Below, one piece after another: positions 37,897 through 39,253 of a DNA stretch of 39,253 bases; position 1 is the stretch's first letter; every line of letters starts with the position of its first letter. The notes beneath the pieces were generated by a model. It made no database searches, had not been told where the DNA came from, and saw nothing but the letters and a program-made list of their open reading frames with translations. Source of the DNA: Marmoricola sp. (GTDB lineage: Bacteria > Actinomycetota > Actinomycetes > Propionibacteriales > Nocardioidaceae); assembly GCA_036384455.1 (NCBI GenBank), contig DASVMH010000254.1, positions 1 to 39,253 of the forward strand, in the 5' to 3' direction. Both the position numbers and the translations under genes were made by a program.

Positions 37897-38829
37897 ATGA
37901 GTTCGAACGTGTTGACCCGATCGACCGGGCAGCGCCCGGGCGATCGGGTCTTCACAGGCACGACCCGCACCGCCGGGGCGATCATCCTCGCCGCCCTGGC
38001 GGGCGTGGTCGTGTTCCTCACCGTCGAAGGAATCCCTGCGCTCAAGGCCGGGCCCCTCGACCTCCGCGGTCACGACAACATCGTCGCGTACCTGTGGCCG
38101 CTGGTCTTCGGCACCGTGTTGGCCGCCTTCCTCGCCATGGTCGTCGCGACCCCGCTGAGCATCGGCGTCGCCCTCGCTGCGTCGCACTTCGCGCCACGGC
38201 CGATCGGCAGGATCATCGGCTATCTCATCGACCTGCTCGCCGCGATCCCCAGCGTCGTGTACGGCCTCTGGGGCATCGGCGTGCTCGGGCCGCACCTGGT
38301 GCCCGTCTACCGGTGGCTCGGCGAGCACCTCTCGTGGCTGCCCTTCTTCGCCGGCCCGGTCTCCCCGACCGGTCGGACCATCCTGACGGCTGCTCTGGTG
38401 CTGGCGATCATGGTGCTCCCGATCGTCACCGCGATCGCGCGGGAGATCTTCATCCAGACCCCTCCGCTCCAGGAGGAGGCGGCGCTCGCGCTCGGTGCCA
38501 CGCGGTGGGAGATGGTCCGCATGGCCGTCCTGCCGCACGCCCGTTCGGGCCTGGTCTCGGCGGTGATGCTCGGCCTCGGCCGCGCCCTCGGGGAGACGAT
38601 GGCCGTCGCCATGGTGCTCTCCGCGACCGGCGTGATCACCTTCGACCTGACCTCGAGCACCAACCCCTCGACGATCGCGGCGAACATCGCCCTCAACTTC
38701 CCCGAGTCCAGCGGACTCTCGGTCAACGCCCTCATCGCCAGTGGCCTGGTGCTGTTCGCGCTGACCTTCCTCGTCAACGCGGCGGCCCGTGCCGTCGTCG
38801 CCTCCAGCGCAAGGAGCAACCGCCGATGA
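37897..38829 (+). CDS. pstC: Phosphate ABC transporter permease
   Basis: DLLAAIPSVVYGLWG, EAALALGATRWE, GRALGETMAV. Confidence 0.95.
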   Translation: MSSNVLTRSTGQRPGDRVFTGTTRTAGAIILAALAGVVVFLTVEGIPALKAGPLDLRGHDNIVAYLWPLVFGTVLAAFLAMVVATPLSIGVALAASHFAPRPIGRIIGYLIDLLAAIPSVVYGLWGIGVLGPHLVPVYRWLGEHLSWLPFFAGPVSPTGRTILTAALVLAIMVLPIVTAIAREIFIQTPPLQEEAALALGATRWEMVRMAVLPHARSGLVSAVMLGLGRALGETMAVAMVLSATGVITFDLTSSTNPSTIAANIALNFPESSGLSVNALIASGLVLFALTFLVNAAARAVVASSARSNRR

Positions 38830-39253
38830 CCGATGTCCTCTACGAGCCGGTCAGCATCCCCTTCGCCCGCCTCGTCGTCCGCACCAAGCGGTTCAACCGG
38901 CGCGCCGTCGTCGACCGGATCGCGACGTTCCTCGTGTGGGGCGCGCTCGCGATCGCCCTGGTGCCGCTGATCTCGCTGCTTCAGCAGGTGGTCTCCCACG
39001 GGGCCGGCCAGATCGATGGCGAGTTCCTGACCTGGTCGATGCGCAACGTCGTCGGCAGCGGCGGCGGGATCTACCACGCCATCGTCGGCACCGTGCTCAT
39101 CACCGCCGCAGCCGCCGCCATCTCCGTCCCGCTCGGGTTGCTCGCCGCCATCCACGTCGTCGAATACGGCGGGCGCGGCGCCGCCTGGCTGCGCTTCTTC
39201 GTCGACGTCATGACCGGGATCCCCTCGATCGTCGCCGGCCTGTTCGCGTACGC
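38826..39253 (+). CDS. pstA: Phosphate ABC transporter permease (partial, runs off window end)
   Basis: ATG overlaps pstC stop; hand translation gives GGIYHAIVGT...EYG...FFVDVMTGIPSIVAGLFAY. Confidence 0.93.
   Translation, partial: MTDVLYEPVSIPFARLVVRTKRFNRRAVVDRIATFLVWGALAIALVPLISLLQQVVSHGAGQIDGEFLTWSMRNVVGSGGGIYHAIVGTVLITAAAAAISVPLGLLAAIHVVEYGGRGAAWLRFFVDVMTGIPSIVAGLFAY

Overview
High-GC actinobacterial chromosomal window; gene content, order and promoter style suggest Nocardioidaceae. It holds about 40 genes, many apparently leaderless. In order: a partial GGDEF-like gene divergent from an ECF sigma/anti-sigma fusion; aroA-rsgA, hisN, CBS, FKBP, S4 and DUF445 housekeeping genes; a secreted metalloprotease; a PAKK-tail protein; an acyl-CoA dehydrogenase pair; an AAA+/vWA pair; an ELWxxDGT repeat protein; lipid and aromatic catabolic genes (one operon with a KstR-like operator); a RIO kinase; two TetR modules; secreted lipase and PLC-like genes; and pstSCA with PHO boxes. 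The most unusual part is 12741-15172. There a 25-bp tandem repeat is followed by about 330 nt of strongly self-complementary non-coding sequence, an exact PafBC-type DNA-damage promoter, and a leaderless DUF222/HNH endonuclease gene. That gene has a sharp internal strand-composition switch and in-frame REP-like palindromes. This is a candidate structured-RNA-associated HNH mobile element. All family calls come from motif recognition by eye; no searches were run.
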